A stretch of 64,000 nt of DNA from an uncultured Gammaproteobacteria bacterium (GTDB lineage: Bacteria; Patescibacteriota; Microgenomatia; JAMCZE01). Under the pieces are notes generated by a model. That model was not told the DNA's origin and searched no databases. It saw nothing but the letters and a program-made list of their open reading frames with translations. How positions within the stretch are numbered: position 1 is the first letter of the stretch; the number at the start of each line of letters is the position of its first letter. Position numbers and translations under genes: made by a program. The DNA lies in contig CAZNUP010000002.1 in the NCBI GenBank assembly GCA_964576435.1, forward strand, positions 183,182-247,181. Reading direction: 5' to 3'. Shown one piece after another: positions 47,197 through 57,071 of the stretch.

Positions 47197-48495
47197 CTTT
47201 TTAGTATAACAGTGAGAGTCAATTTTTGTATAATCTGTAAAGTGAAAGAAAACGCCTTTGTTAGAGTTCTCCATATTCAGGCTTTTAGGAACTTGTGGTT
47301 GTCACAGGTTTTTTCTCAAGTTTTTTTGAATCTTTTGTTTTTTACCCTCATTATTCGCGTTTATGAACTAACAAGAAGCAACACTGCAGTTTCAATCATG
47401 GTTGTTATGACAATTCTCCCCAATATTTTAATTGGAGCATTGGCAGGTGTTTTAGTTGATAGGTGGGATAGGAAAGCGGTAATGTTCTTCTCACATTTTT
47501 TGAGAGCGATGGTGGTTTTACTGTTTTTAGTTTCTTCAGAAAGCCTTGCTTGGATTTATATTCTAGCTGCGCTTGTGGGAATTATTACTCAATTCTTCTT
47601 CCCAGCTGAAGGAGCGACGATACCTGAAGTTGTTAAAGACAAAAAGTTATTACTTTCTGCAAATAGTCTATTTACACTTACGTTTTTTGCTTCAGTTGTT
47701 GTGGGGAATGTTCTTGCTGGGCCATTTTTAAAAACATTTGGAGCGCATACCACATTTCTAATTGTTGCAGGGGCTTTTTTGGTGGCATCAATTTTTACAT
47801 CCAGACTTCCTGGTCTTAGTGTTTGGAAGGGATTTTTAAAGAGCAAAAGAGATGGACTTGGAACTGGGCTTTTGCAGAATTTTATGGAGGGACTCGATTA
47901 TATTCACAGACACGAAGTTGTTAGACATGGAATTTATTTCATGGCTTTGGGACAGGGAATGCTTGCAATTTTAGGCGCAATTGCTCCAGGGTTTGCGGAT
48001 AGGGTGCTTGGACTGGAAGTGGCACAGGTTTCAATTTATATTATGGCGCCGGCTGCTTTTGGAATGATTGTCGGAGGGGGAATTCTGGGTCAATTTTTTG
48101 GAGGAGCAAATAAAATGAAACTTATTAAAATCGGGGTGTTTGGTGCTTCTTTGGCGCTTGTTGTCTTTTCTCAAGTGGATAGGTTCGGGATTTTATTTCA
48201 TACACCAATACTTCTCTCAGCAACAATTTTCTTAATCTGTTTAGGGATTGCTAATTCGATGGTGGAAATTCCAGTCAATACGCTTATTCAAGAAAATACA
48301 GAAGAGGTGGTTCGAAGCAGAGTATACGGTGTTATTGCTACAATAAGTGGTACGGCAGCAATTCTACCTGTTATTGGGGCTGGTACTATTGCTGATTTTT
48401 TTGGAGTCAGAGCAGTTATGTTCTTTTCCGGATTTGTCCTAGTCGGACTAGGGCTTATTGGATTTAAAAAATCAAATGTTTCCAGTCATTCTTAA
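47179..48495 (+). CDS. MFS transporter
   Basis: FRNLWLSQ, a DRWDRK loop and 12 TM helices. The longest ORF starts at GTG 47179, but the true start is uncertain; it may lie nearer 47272-47293. Confidence 0.65.
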   Translation: MPSCGHLFSITVRVNFCIICKVKENAFVRVLHIQAFRNLWLSQVFSQVFLNLLFFTLIIRVYELTRSNTAVSIMVVMTILPNILIGALAGVLVDRWDRKAVMFFSHFLRAMVVLLFLVSSESLAWIYILAALVGIITQFFFPAEGATIPEVVKDKKLLLSANSLFTLTFFASVVVGNVLAGPFLKTFGAHTTFLIVAGAFLVASIFTSRLPGLSVWKGFLKSKRDGLGTGLLQNFMEGLDYIHRHEVVRHGIYFMALGQGMLAILGAIAPGFADRVLGLEVAQVSIYIMAPAAFGMIVGGGILGQFFGGANKMKLIKIGVFGASLALVVFSQVDRFGILFHTPILLSATIFLICLGIANSMVEIPVNTLIQENTEEVVRSRVYGVIATISGTAAILPVIGAGTIADFFGVRAVMFFSGFVLVGLGLIGFKKSNVSSHS

Positions 48496-49264
48496 TGCCG
48501 GCCCAGTTACAATAAAATCTTTTGGTGTGCTTTTGTGCATCGCTTTTTTGGCATGTCTTTTCGTTGTTTGGAAAAGAACAAGGGAAGAGGGACTTCCAGA
48601 GGAAAGTGTTTTGGATATGTTTTTTTTATCGACTGGTGCCTTTATTTTATTTGGAAGACTGGGGTTTGTATTTTCAAACTGGCAAATATTTCAGGAAGAC
48701 ATAGGAAGAATTATTCTCCTTTTTAGGTACCCCGGTATTTCATTTGAATGGGGGCTAATTTTTGCTAGTTTGGTTATTTTTGGTCTTTCCCGACTGTTTA
48801 CTTTATCAGCACTTTTAATATTTGATATTGTTTTTCTTGGACTTACCTTGGCATCAGCTTTTTGGTTCTTGGGATGTTTTCTGGATGGATGCTATAGCAA
48901 CCCATCAGTTTCACTTGGAATGACAGTTAGTTATTTGGCTTTGTATTTTATTTTGAGATTAGCTATTAGCCGGATCAAGAAGTCTCCCGATTTGCATATT
49001 TTGTCCAAGAAACCCGGATTTATTGCGCTTTGCTACTTGATTTTTACCTCTGTTTCTTTTTTAATTTGCTCGTACGTTCTTAGACTACCACTTCCAAAAA
49101 TTGCCATTTTGGTTTTAGTGTTGTCTACAGGATCGTTCCTTTTTAGATATTTTGAATTTTTGAAAGGAGTCCAGTGGTCAAGTTTCCCAAAAGCGTTTTA
49201 TCACAAGTCGGTGGATACCTTGAGGAAAGGAAAAGGGCTCTTGAAAAGAAAATTTCTGACTTAA
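48476..49264 (+). CDS. lgt: prolipoprotein diacylglyceryl transferase
   Basis: MFPVILNAGPVTIKSFGV start and a GCFLDGCYSNP motif (compare the Lgt GCFLNGCCYG). The product is multi-TM. The ORF track start at 48458 would overlap the MFS gene. Confidence 0.75.
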   Translation: MFPVILNAGPVTIKSFGVLLCIAFLACLFVVWKRTREEGLPEESVLDMFFLSTGAFILFGRLGFVFSNWQIFQEDIGRIILLFRYPGISFEWGLIFASLVIFGLSRLFTLSALLIFDIVFLGLTLASAFWFLGCFLDGCYSNPSVSLGMTVSYLALYFILRLAISRIKKSPDLHILSKKPGFIALCYLIFTSVSFLICSYVLRLPLPKIAILVLVLSTGSFLFRYFEFLKGVQWSSFPKAFYHKSVDTLRKGKGLLKRKFLT

Positions 49265-49536
49265 AAAAGGAAGATCCCTTTTCTGATAAGACAAGACTCC
49301 TTGACCAAGCTAGTGACGATTCTGAAGCTCAAAACAAAGCGGAGCACGAAAGAGTTACTGCTCTTCATAGACAACTTAGCATAGCTCTAATTGAAACCAA
49401 AAAGGCTTTGACTAAGATAAAGATTGGAAAATATGGTATTTGTGAGAACTGTGGCAAAATGATTGATACTGACAGATTGGCAGCTATGCCAACTGCTAGG
49501 CTTTGTGTCACTTGCGAGAAAAAGCGTGAACGTTAA
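49174..49536 (+). CDS. DksA/TraR-family C4 zinc-finger protein
   Basis: GTG start preceded by an AAAGGAG ribosome-binding site. CENCGKMIDTDRLAAMPTARLCVTCEKK is the C4 finger. Confidence 0.65.
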   Translation: MVKFPKSVLSQVGGYLEERKRALEKKISDLKKEDPFSDKTRLLDQASDDSEAQNKAEHERVTALHRQLSIALIETKKALTKIKIGKYGICENCGKMIDTDRLAAMPTARLCVTCEKKRER

Positions 49537-50206
49537 CCCTCAAATTATCTTCGAAGACGAGTCAATGTTAGTTATTGATAAACCTTATGGCGTGGTGGTG
49601 AATAAAGCTGACACAACCGCTGGTTTTGAAACTATCCAAGATTGGGCGGAAACCAAAGTTTCAAAAGACGCTTTTGATGAAGAATTTAATAGCCGGGGAG
49701 GGATTGTTCATAGACTTGATAAAGATACTTCTGGTGTTTTAGTTATTGCAAAAACTTCCGAAGCATTTCAAAAACTAAAAAGCCAATTTAAAGAGAGGGA
49801 AACTGGGAAAAAATATATTACTCTTGTTCACGGGATTTTGGAATCTCCGGTTGGGACAATTGATGCCCCAATTGAAAGAAGTCCATTTAATAGGATGCAT
49901 TTTGGGGTTTTTCCTGGGGGTAGGGAAGCGCAAACTGATTACAAAGTTATTCAAAAATTTAAAGAATATTCCTTGGTTGAAGTTAAGCCTAAGACTGGCA
50001 GGACGCACCAAATTAGAGTGCATATGAAATATATTGGTCATCCAATTGTTTCTGATCCAATTTATGGAGGAAGAAAACAAAGTAAAAAAGATCTTGAAGT
50101 GTCTCCTAGATTGTTTTTACACGCTGCAGAACTCGAAATTCTAGGTAAAAAATACGAAGCCCCACTTCCTTCCGATTTGCAGCAAGTCTTGGATTTGTTA
50201 TCATGA
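49526..50206 (+). CDS. RluA-family pseudouridine synthase (catalytic domain only)
   Basis: IIFEDESMLVIDKPYGVVV followed by HRLDKDTSGVLVIAK (catalytic Asp). The start is set at GTG 49526, overlapping the dksA-like stop. There is no S4 domain. Confidence 0.82.
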   Translation: MNVNPQIIFEDESMLVIDKPYGVVVNKADTTAGFETIQDWAETKVSKDAFDEEFNSRGGIVHRLDKDTSGVLVIAKTSEAFQKLKSQFKERETGKKYITLVHGILESPVGTIDAPIERSPFNRMHFGVFPGGREAQTDYKVIQKFKEYSLVEVKPKTGRTHQIRVHMKYIGHPIVSDPIYGGRKQSKKDLEVSPRLFLHAAELEILGKKYEAPLPSDLQQVLDLLS

Positions 50207-50207
50207 T

Positions 50208-51893
50208 TTGATGCACGAGATCTATCTTCTGACTCTAATTCTTACACTTGCCGCGGCACTGGCGATTTTTACTAAAAGATTAGGGCTCCCTCTTCTCGTT
50301 TCCTATATTGCTGTCGGGGCAGCACTGTCGGCGTTTCATATTATAAAGCCTGAACAGCTGGAGTTTTTGGCAATTCTTCCTGAAATTGGTTTGGCGCTTC
50401 TTCTTTTTCTTGTGGGGATGGAACTTGATTTATCTGAATTTAAAGCTATTGGTAAAAAGGTAGTTTTAGTTACTTTAGGGCAAGTCCTTATAACATCAAC
50501 AATTGTATATTTAGGGCTTACTTTTTTTGCGGGCGTTTCTTCTGTTGCGGCAATAATCCTTGCTGTAGCACTGTCATTTAGTAGCACGATTTTGGTTATT
50601 AAGCTTCTTATTGAAGAAAAAGAGCTTACTTCACTTCATGGGAAACTGTCGGTTGGAATTCTTCTTGTGGAAGACCTTATTGCTGTTCTTCTTCTTATGA
50701 TGATGACGGTGGTTTTTGGAGGACAGGGGGGATTTGGTTCAACTGAACTTATTCTTGTTTTAGTTAAGGGAATGCTTCTAATTGCATTTGCGATTTTTGC
50801 AGGCAAAAAACTTTTGCCAGCAATCTTTAAACTGACAGCTGACTCAACAGAACTCTTATTTTTAGCAGGAATTTCTTGGTGTTTAATTTTTGTAACAATT
50901 GCTTCACTTCTTAATTTCTCCTTGGCAATTGGTGCGTTCTTGGCTGGCGTCTCACTGGCTCAGTCGGTTTATAGACTTCAGATTTCAGGAAAAATAAAAC
51001 CACTTAGAGATTTCTTTATTATGATTTTCTTCTTGGATCTTGGAACCGGACTTTCCATTAGTGGACTTGGAACTTATTTGTTTATGGGACTAGCATTTCT
51101 TGTTTATGCTGTCGCAATTAAGCCAATAGTTTTTTATGTACTATTTACACTTTGTAAGTTTAGATTAAGACCAGCATTTGAAACTGGTGTTTACATTTCG
51201 TCGATTTCAGAATTTTCTTTAATTGTTTTAGTGTCAGCAAGTAAACTTGGAATAATTGATAAAACTTATTTGTCTCCTTTAATTTTTGCTACTGTGTTTT
51301 CATTTATTTTTTCGTCACTTCTTGTAACTCATAAGAAAGGGTTGTTTGCAAAGCTTGGTGGCGTTTTGAAGAAATTTGAAAGAGGGGCAGCGGAGAACTT
51401 GGAAGGCGGGACACACGAACTAACAGATCATGCGGTTTTAATTGGTTGTCATAGAAGTGGAGAAATAATTCTTCAAAAACTTCAGAAGATTTACGATAAA
51501 AATGTTTTAGTCTTGGATTTTAATCCGGATGTTGTTCAAAAACTTAAAAGTGAGGGAGTGGCTGCAGTTTATGGCGATGCATCTGATCTTGAGATTTTGG
51601 AGGGACTTAGACTTGGTGAAGCTAAGGTCATAGTTTCAACTGTTCGTGATTTTAAAGACAATTTGGTTCTTCTTGATACCATTTTGAAGGAAAAATCCAA
51701 GGCAACGGTTATAATTACGGCAGAGGATGCTAAAAGTGCACTGGTCCTTTACGAAAAGGGTGCGCATTATGTTTCGCTTCCCATGAATTTGGAAGGTAGA
51801 CATATTAGCCAACTTATCTCGACTGATCTTAAAAAAGAAAAGGCAGAGAGACTGGAGGAATTAGAACATGCCGAAATTCATCGCGAAAAATGA
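50208..51893 (+). CDS. monovalent cation:proton antiporter-2 (Kef-type) with C-terminal RCK/TrkA-N domain
   Basis: About 12 TM helices plus a Rossmann GxGxxG region (HAVLIGCHRSGEIILQKL). Confidence 0.82.
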   Translation: MMHEIYLLTLILTLAAALAIFTKRLGLPLLVSYIAVGAALSAFHIIKPEQLEFLAILPEIGLALLLFLVGMELDLSEFKAIGKKVVLVTLGQVLITSTIVYLGLTFFAGVSSVAAIILAVALSFSSTILVIKLLIEEKELTSLHGKLSVGILLVEDLIAVLLLMMMTVVFGGQGGFGSTELILVLVKGMLLIAFAIFAGKKLLPAIFKLTADSTELLFLAGISWCLIFVTIASLLNFSLAIGAFLAGVSLAQSVYRLQISGKIKPLRDFFIMIFFLDLGTGLSISGLGTYLFMGLAFLVYAVAIKPIVFYVLFTLCKFRLRPAFETGVYISSISEFSLIVLVSASKLGIIDKTYLSPLIFATVFSFIFSSLLVTHKKGLFAKLGGVLKKFERGAAENLEGGTHELTDHAVLIGCHRSGEIILQKLQKIYDKNVLVLDFNPDVVQKLKSEGVAAVYGDASDLEILEGLRLGEAKVIVSTVRDFKDNLVLLDTILKEKSKATVIITAEDAKSALVLYEKGAHYVSLPMNLEGRHISQLISTDLKKEKAERLEELEHAEIHREK

Positions 51894-52188
51894 TCCTTTC
51901 AAATGTGAACACTGTGGATTTGATGTTCCCCCAATAGTTTATGGTGGGTCTTACAGAAATCATTGTCCCAATTGTTTGTGGAGTAAACATGTTGATAGCG
52001 ATGTTCCTGGAGACCGTGCAAACGCCTGTAAGGGTCTTATGGAGCCCATTGGTGTCCAAACGAGAAGAACCGGGGAATATGTTCTTGTACACAAATGTGT
52101 GGCTTGTGGGTTCGAAAGGTTGAACAGATTAGCTGGGGATGATAATATCGAGCTAGTTACAGAGATATCAGGCCGCCCTATTAAATAA
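51868..52188 (+). CDS. RNHCP-domain zinc-ribbon protein
   Basis: CEHCGF...RNHCPNCLWSKHVD...HKCVACGFER. Confidence 0.55.
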   Translation: MPKFIAKNDPFKCEHCGFDVPPIVYGGSYRNHCPNCLWSKHVDSDVPGDRANACKGLMEPIGVQTRRTGEYVLVHKCVACGFERLNRLAGDDNIELVTEISGRPIK

Positions 52189-52195
52189 ATCAAAT

Positions 52196-52402
52196 ATGAA
52201 GCACTCATCTGAGATAGTAAACAGACCAAAACTTAGGCGCCTAAAAATATTTGCGCTCTTTTTCCCTCTTACTGGAGTTCCAGTCATTATGGCCGATACC
52301 ATAGATAAAGGATTTAGACGGTTTCTCGATGATTATATTCAAACTGAAACACAGATTTCGATGCTAAGAATGTCTGACAATAACTCTAAATCTTCTAGAT
52401 AA
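52196..52402 (+). CDS. hypothetical small protein
   Basis: 68-aa ORF with weak support. Confidence 0.25.
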   Translation: MKHSSEIVNRPKLRRLKIFALFFPLTGVPVIMADTIDKGFRRFLDDYIQTETQISMLRMSDNNSKSSR

Positions 52403-52405
52403 ACC

Positions 52406-53590
52406 GTGACCAAGTTCCAAGTAACTGCATTGGATGGTAAAGCGCGAAATGGAAAATTAATTACGCCAAGGGGGGAAGTTTTAACTCCGGTTTATCTTCC
52501 TGTGGGAACTCAAGCAACTGTAAAAGCAGTTACTCCTGAACAAGTTAAAGCGATTGGTGCGGAGATGATTCTTTCAAATACATATCACTTATATCTTCGT
52601 CCTGGAGCTGATACGGTTTTTGAACTTGGAGGTCTTCATAAGTTTATGAATTGGGATAGGCCAATTCTTACAGATTCTGGTGGTTTCCAAGTTTTCTCCC
52701 TTGGGTTTGGGGTAGAACACCAAGTAGGAAAAATATTTAGAGCAGGGGAGGAAGATCTGGTTCTTGGAGATTTTGAATCTAAAGATGTGGTTGTTCGGAC
52801 CAAACTCTGTAAAGTGGAAGAAGAAGGGCCAACTTTTCAGTCTCATATAGATGGCTCAGTGCATTTCTTTTCTCCGGAAGTGTCAGTTGATGTTCAAGTT
52901 AAACTGGGGTCGGACTTTATAGTGGCCCTTGATGAATGTACTTCACCCCTTCATGACTATGATTACACAAAAAATTCAATGGAAAGATCTCATAGATGGG
53001 AAAAGAGATCTTTAGAAGCTGCCCCAGAACATAACATGTTTGGAGTTATTCAAGGCGGACCGTTTGAAGATTTAAGGATTGAGTCGACAAAGTTTGTTTC
53101 CAAAAACGATTTCTTTGGAGTAGGAATTGGTGGAGCCTTAGTTTCTAGACAGAAGATGGTAGAGATTTTGGATTGGATTTATCCACATCTTGATTCCTCT
53201 AAACCTCGTCATCTTTTAGGAATTGGAACCGTTCCTGATATCTTTCTTGCAGTGGAACGGGGAGTTGATATGTTTGATTGTGTAGCACCAACAAGAATAG
53301 CTAGGAACGGTAGGCTTCTTGTGAGACGCGGGCATATTGATATTACAAAAGCTGAGTTTAGGGCGGATCCTTCACCAATTGAATTTGATTGCGACTGCTA
53401 TACTTGTCAAAATTACTCCCGAGCTTACGTACATCAACTTTTCAAAGCTCATGAACTTTTGGCCTATACACTTTCGACGATACATAATTTAAGATTTATG
53501 AGTAGGTTAATGAGTCTTATTCGGGAATCTATTAATGAAGGTCGTTTTTTGAAGCTAAAGGCAGAATGGCTTCAGGATTATGAAACATAA
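52406..53590 (+). CDS. tgt: queuine tRNA-ribosyltransferase
   Basis: TPRGEVLTPVYLPVGTQATVKAV; ILTDSGGFQVFSL; Zn site CDCYTCQNY...H. The start codon is GTG. Confidence 0.9.
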   Translation: MTKFQVTALDGKARNGKLITPRGEVLTPVYLPVGTQATVKAVTPEQVKAIGAEMILSNTYHLYLRPGADTVFELGGLHKFMNWDRPILTDSGGFQVFSLGFGVEHQVGKIFRAGEEDLVLGDFESKDVVVRTKLCKVEEEGPTFQSHIDGSVHFFSPEVSVDVQVKLGSDFIVALDECTSPLHDYDYTKNSMERSHRWEKRSLEAAPEHNMFGVIQGGPFEDLRIESTKFVSKNDFFGVGIGGALVSRQKMVEILDWIYPHLDSSKPRHLLGIGTVPDIFLAVERGVDMFDCVAPTRIARNGRLLVRRGHIDITKAEFRADPSPIEFDCDCYTCQNYSRAYVHQLFKAHELLAYTLSTIHNLRFMSRLMSLIRESINEGRFLKLKAEWLQDYET

Positions 53591-54524
53591 AAGAAAGCGG
53601 TCGTCTTCTGGTGGTGGACTTGGTGGAATCTTTAAACTCATTATTATTCTCCTAATTCTTGGGGGCCTGGGAGTATTTCTTGCTAAATTTGCTCCAGTTA
53701 TGCTTGCTGGGAAATTTAGCAGCAGTGAAAGATTTAATTTAGTGGTAACTTCTCCTGAAAAGACGGCATTCTTATCGCTTGATCCGGATTCTAAAAAAGC
53801 AACGATTATTGACTTTCCAACTGATCTTTATATTACTGATGTTGCTCATGGATATGGACAATACCCATTGTCTAAAGTTTATGAAGTAGGGGAACTTGAT
53901 AAACGAGGCGGCACAGTGTTGTCAGATACCGTCTCTACATATCTTGGGGTTCCTGTTAATGGATATATAAGGCTTGCTGGTTTTTCGCCGCAAAATTTGA
54001 AGGCCAGTATTGTGTCTCCGGGATTTATTCTTAACCCAAATTCTAATGTGAATTTGTGGGATAGATTTCTTCTCGCTAAAGAGTTTTTCAATTTGAGGTT
54101 TGACCGAATTAAAACCATTGGACTTTCTAAAAGAACTGAACCTTTGATGCTCGCAGATGGGTCAACTGTAAAAGTTTTTTTAGAAGAAGATTTGGATAAT
54201 ATTTTAGGTGGGGTGTTTGCTGAGGAGCCGATTTTAAAAGAGGGAATGAGAGTGCAAATTATAAATACGACTGAAACTCCTGGTCTTGGTAATGCTTTTG
54301 CGAGAATAATTTCAAGTATTGGGGCGGTTGTAATTGATGTGACAACATCGGAACAAAATTTTGCGGGATGCAAAATTGAAGCCAGTGAGAAAATGTTGAA
54401 ATCTAAGACAGTTTCAAGAATCTCTGAAATTATGGGTTGCCAAACTAAGAAAAATGATGACACAGGAAGAGCGGATGTCATAGTTTATCTGGGGCAAGAC
54501 CAAGCTAAACTTTTCATGGATTAG
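53580..54524 (+). CDS. LytR-CpsA-Psr (LCP) family cell-envelope phosphotransferase
   Basis: N-terminal TM helix, an LCP core (FNLVVTSPEKTAFLSLDPDSKKATIIDFPTDLYI) and a C-terminal LytR_C-like domain. Confidence 0.78.
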   Translation: MKHKRKRSSSGGGLGGIFKLIIILLILGGLGVFLAKFAPVMLAGKFSSSERFNLVVTSPEKTAFLSLDPDSKKATIIDFPTDLYITDVAHGYGQYPLSKVYEVGELDKRGGTVLSDTVSTYLGVPVNGYIRLAGFSPQNLKASIVSPGFILNPNSNVNLWDRFLLAKEFFNLRFDRIKTIGLSKRTEPLMLADGSTVKVFLEEDLDNILGGVFAEEPILKEGMRVQIINTTETPGLGNAFARIISSIGAVVIDVTTSEQNFAGCKIEASEKMLKSKTVSRISEIMGCQTKKNDDTGRADVIVYLGQDQAKLFMD

Positions 54525-54714
54525 CTGTTAAAATCCTCCTTATGTTTGAAGGTGTTCAGTTTTGGCAGGTACTTGTAGGGATTTTTGTGGCTTCTATACT
54601 TCTTGCTTGGTGGTCGATGAGAGAGATAAAAGCTCCAAGGGATTTTTATCCTAAAATTGAGAACAAGGTAAAGAAGCTTCTTTCTGGAATAATCTATTTA
54701 CCAAAAGCCTAAAT

Positions 54715-55500
54715 TTAATTTTCCTCTGGCATTTCATCTTGATGGAGTTTTTCTGCCTTTTTGAATGATGCTTCGTCTTCGTCGTCACCACTATCTTCAT
54801 CTGTTGCTTCTTTTTCAGTGTCGTCGACATGATTGTCGTCTCTGACAAAACTTAGATAGTCGGTTGAGCCACTTGGGAAAGAGGGAGTGTTTTTGAATTT
54901 CTTAGATCTAACCCTTTCTCTTATGAAAAGGACTAGGCTACCTTTTCCAACGGATCTAACAAAAGCTTCGTATTCGTTTCCACCTTTAATTAGAACAAGA
55001 ATTCGGTGTCCTAGGTCGTCTGGGAGGGCACCGAGATAGACTCCATCAGCTCTTTCAGCAAAGATGGTATGTCTTTTGGCTGTCAGACTTACGTGATCGG
55101 TGCATTGTAAGGTTAGAAGCACTTTTGCAGGTGCGACATTAACTAGAGTGATCATCTTAGTTTTGCCTGGTTCTTCAAGGAAGCTAATGGTTGGGGACTG
55201 GGGACGGTTTGGTGTTTCATCAGTTTTGCCTTTTTGTTTAGTTTTAGGAGCACTTGTTTCATTAGCACGAAGGAGGTTTTTAGTAGCGATTGGATCGTAT
55301 TTATTAACTTTCAATACCTCTTTAAAGTATGTGGCCGCCTTTTTGTTGTTGCCAAGCTCTAAATATGCCCTACCTAATCTATTTAGACAGTCGAGATCAG
55401 TGGGATCATCTTTTAGGATTTCTGTATTTAAATCGACAGCCCTTTGCCAATTTTGGGCAAGAGCCGCGTCAATTGCTGCCTGTGTTTTTTGTTCGAACAT
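54715..55500 (-). CDS. TPR-repeat protein with acidic C-terminal tail
   Basis: N-terminal TPR units (LNRLGRAYLELGNNKKAATYFKEVLKVNKYDP) and a DE-rich C-terminus. Confidence 0.45.
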   Translation of the reverse strand: MFEQKTQAAIDAALAQNWQRAVDLNTEILKDDPTDLDCLNRLGRAYLELGNNKKAATYFKEVLKVNKYDPIATKNLLRANETSAPKTKQKGKTDETPNRPQSPTISFLEEPGKTKMITLVNVAPAKVLLTLQCTDHVSLTAKRHTIFAERADGVYLGALPDDLGHRILVLIKGGNEYEAFVRSVGKGSLVLFIRERVRSKKFKNTPSFPSGSTDYLSFVRDDNHVDDTEKEATDEDSGDDEDEASFKKAEKLHQDEMPEEN

Positions 55501-55532
55501 TAGTTGACAATTATATAGTAAAATACCTGTAA

Positions 55533-56219
55533 ATGTCAGGACATTCTAAATGGTCCACTATTAAAAGGCAAAAGGGGGTTACTGACGCTAAAAGGGGTAA
55601 CCTCTTTACAAAGCTTTCAAACGCTATAACAATAGCAGTTCGTGAGGGTGGTGGCGGAGATCCAAGTTCAAACTTCAGATTAAGACTTGCCATGGATAAA
55701 GCCCGTGAGGCTAATATGCCTAAAGAGAATATTCAGAGGGCAATTGATAAAGGAACTGGTAAGGGTGGAGCAGTTGAGCTGTCAACAGCGATTTATGAAG
55801 GCTTTGCTCCTGGGAATGTGGCAGTTATTGTCGAAACTATTACTGACAATACAAATAGGACAGGAGGGGAAATTAGAACTATCTTTGATAAGAATGGTGG
55901 CAGGATTGCTTCAGTTAACTATATGTTTACCAGGGTTGGGGAGATTGAAGTAACTGGAGATGAAGTATTTGAAAAAGCACTGGAGGCTGGGGCAGAAGAT
56001 GTTGAAGAAAATATTGTTTATACAAGACCAGAAGATCTTCACAAAGTGAAAGAAAAACTTGAAGCCTCAGGACTTACTGTCACACAAGCAGGATTAATTT
56101 TCAAACCCAATAAAGAGACCATGATTACACTTGATGATGAAAATGGTGAAAAAGTGATGTCCTTTGTAGAAAAAATTGAAGAAATGGATGATGTACAAAA
56201 TGTATTTGTAAATATTTAA
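55533..56219 (+). CDS. yebC: YebC/PmpR-family transcriptional regulator
   Basis: MSGHSKWSTIKRQKGVTDAKRGNLFTKLSNAITIAVREGG is the DUF28 signature. Confidence 0.9.
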   Translation: MSGHSKWSTIKRQKGVTDAKRGNLFTKLSNAITIAVREGGGGDPSSNFRLRLAMDKAREANMPKENIQRAIDKGTGKGGAVELSTAIYEGFAPGNVAVIVETITDNTNRTGGEIRTIFDKNGGRIASVNYMFTRVGEIEVTGDEVFEKALEAGAEDVEENIVYTRPEDLHKVKEKLEASGLTVTQAGLIFKPNKETMITLDDENGEKVMSFVEKIEEMDDVQNVFVNI

Positions 56220-56223
56220 ATAT

Positions 56224-56517
56224 ATGCTTGGTGTTCCAGAAAATTCGCAACCTTATTATGGTGGAGATGGTGGTATAGCGAAGGATATACCAGAGGGGCA
56301 ATTGGAAGCGAAATTAAGAAAGATGGTGGAGAAGGCAGGAGGAGACCCAGATAAAGTATTAGGAAAGATTGTGCAAGGCAATAATCCACCCCAACCCCCT
56401 TTGTTCCCACTAGAAAGTGTTGGTGGTAAACCAGATGATAGTTCTTCAGAACTGACCCCTGATGATATTAGGAGATTAGGTCGAGAAGGTGTAAGCAGGA
56501 CAAAAGCGTTGGAATAA
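56224..56517 (+). CDS. hypothetical protein
   Basis: 97-aa ORF, G/P-rich. Confidence 0.3.
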   Translation: MLGVPENSQPYYGGDGGIAKDIPEGQLEAKLRKMVEKAGGDPDKVLGKIVQGNNPPQPPLFPLESVGGKPDDSSSELTPDDIRRLGREGVSRTKALE

Positions 56518-56519
56518 AT

Positions 56520-57071
56520 ATGCTAATTCTTGGAATAGACCCCGGCACAGCACGACTAGGAATTGGGCTCATTGAGACCACTTCTGATGGCGATGGAAAA
56601 CCAAATAGTATGAAATATATTTATGCTAATTGCTTGGAAACAAGTATGGATTCCACTCCGGGAGATCGGCTTTTTTATCTTGAAGAAGAACTAGCTAAGA
56701 TAGTTTCTGAATATAAACCTGATGTCGCCTGTGTTGAAATGCTTTTTTTTGGAATTAACGCCCGGACTGCAATTGCTGTTGGGCAGGCGAGGGGGGTAAT
56801 CCTTGCAACTCTTGCTAAATATAAGATTCCACAAATTGATTACCAGGGGCTTTCTGTAAAATTTGCGGTTACTGGTTTTGGGAAAAGTGACAAGAAACAA
56901 ATGCAGGAAGCAGTTCGAGTTCATCTTGGGATGAAAGAGGTTGTTAAACCTGATGATGCTGCTGATGGACTTGCACTTGCTATTACCCACTATATTAAAC
57001 TTAAGAATGGCGATCAGCCAAAGGCGAAGCCTAAGGCAAAACCAAAGAAAGCCAAGAAGAAGAAAAAGTGA
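56520..57071 (+). CDS. ruvC: crossover junction endodeoxyribonuclease RuvC
   Basis: MLILGIDPGTARLGIGLIE with catalytic acidic residues, followed by a Lys-rich C-terminal tail. Confidence 0.9.
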   Translation: MLILGIDPGTARLGIGLIETTSDGDGKPNSMKYIYANCLETSMDSTPGDRLFYLEEELAKIVSEYKPDVACVEMLFFGINARTAIAVGQARGVILATLAKYKIPQIDYQGLSVKFAVTGFGKSDKKQMQEAVRVHLGMKEVVKPDDAADGLALAITHYIKLKNGDQPKAKPKAKPKKAKKKKK

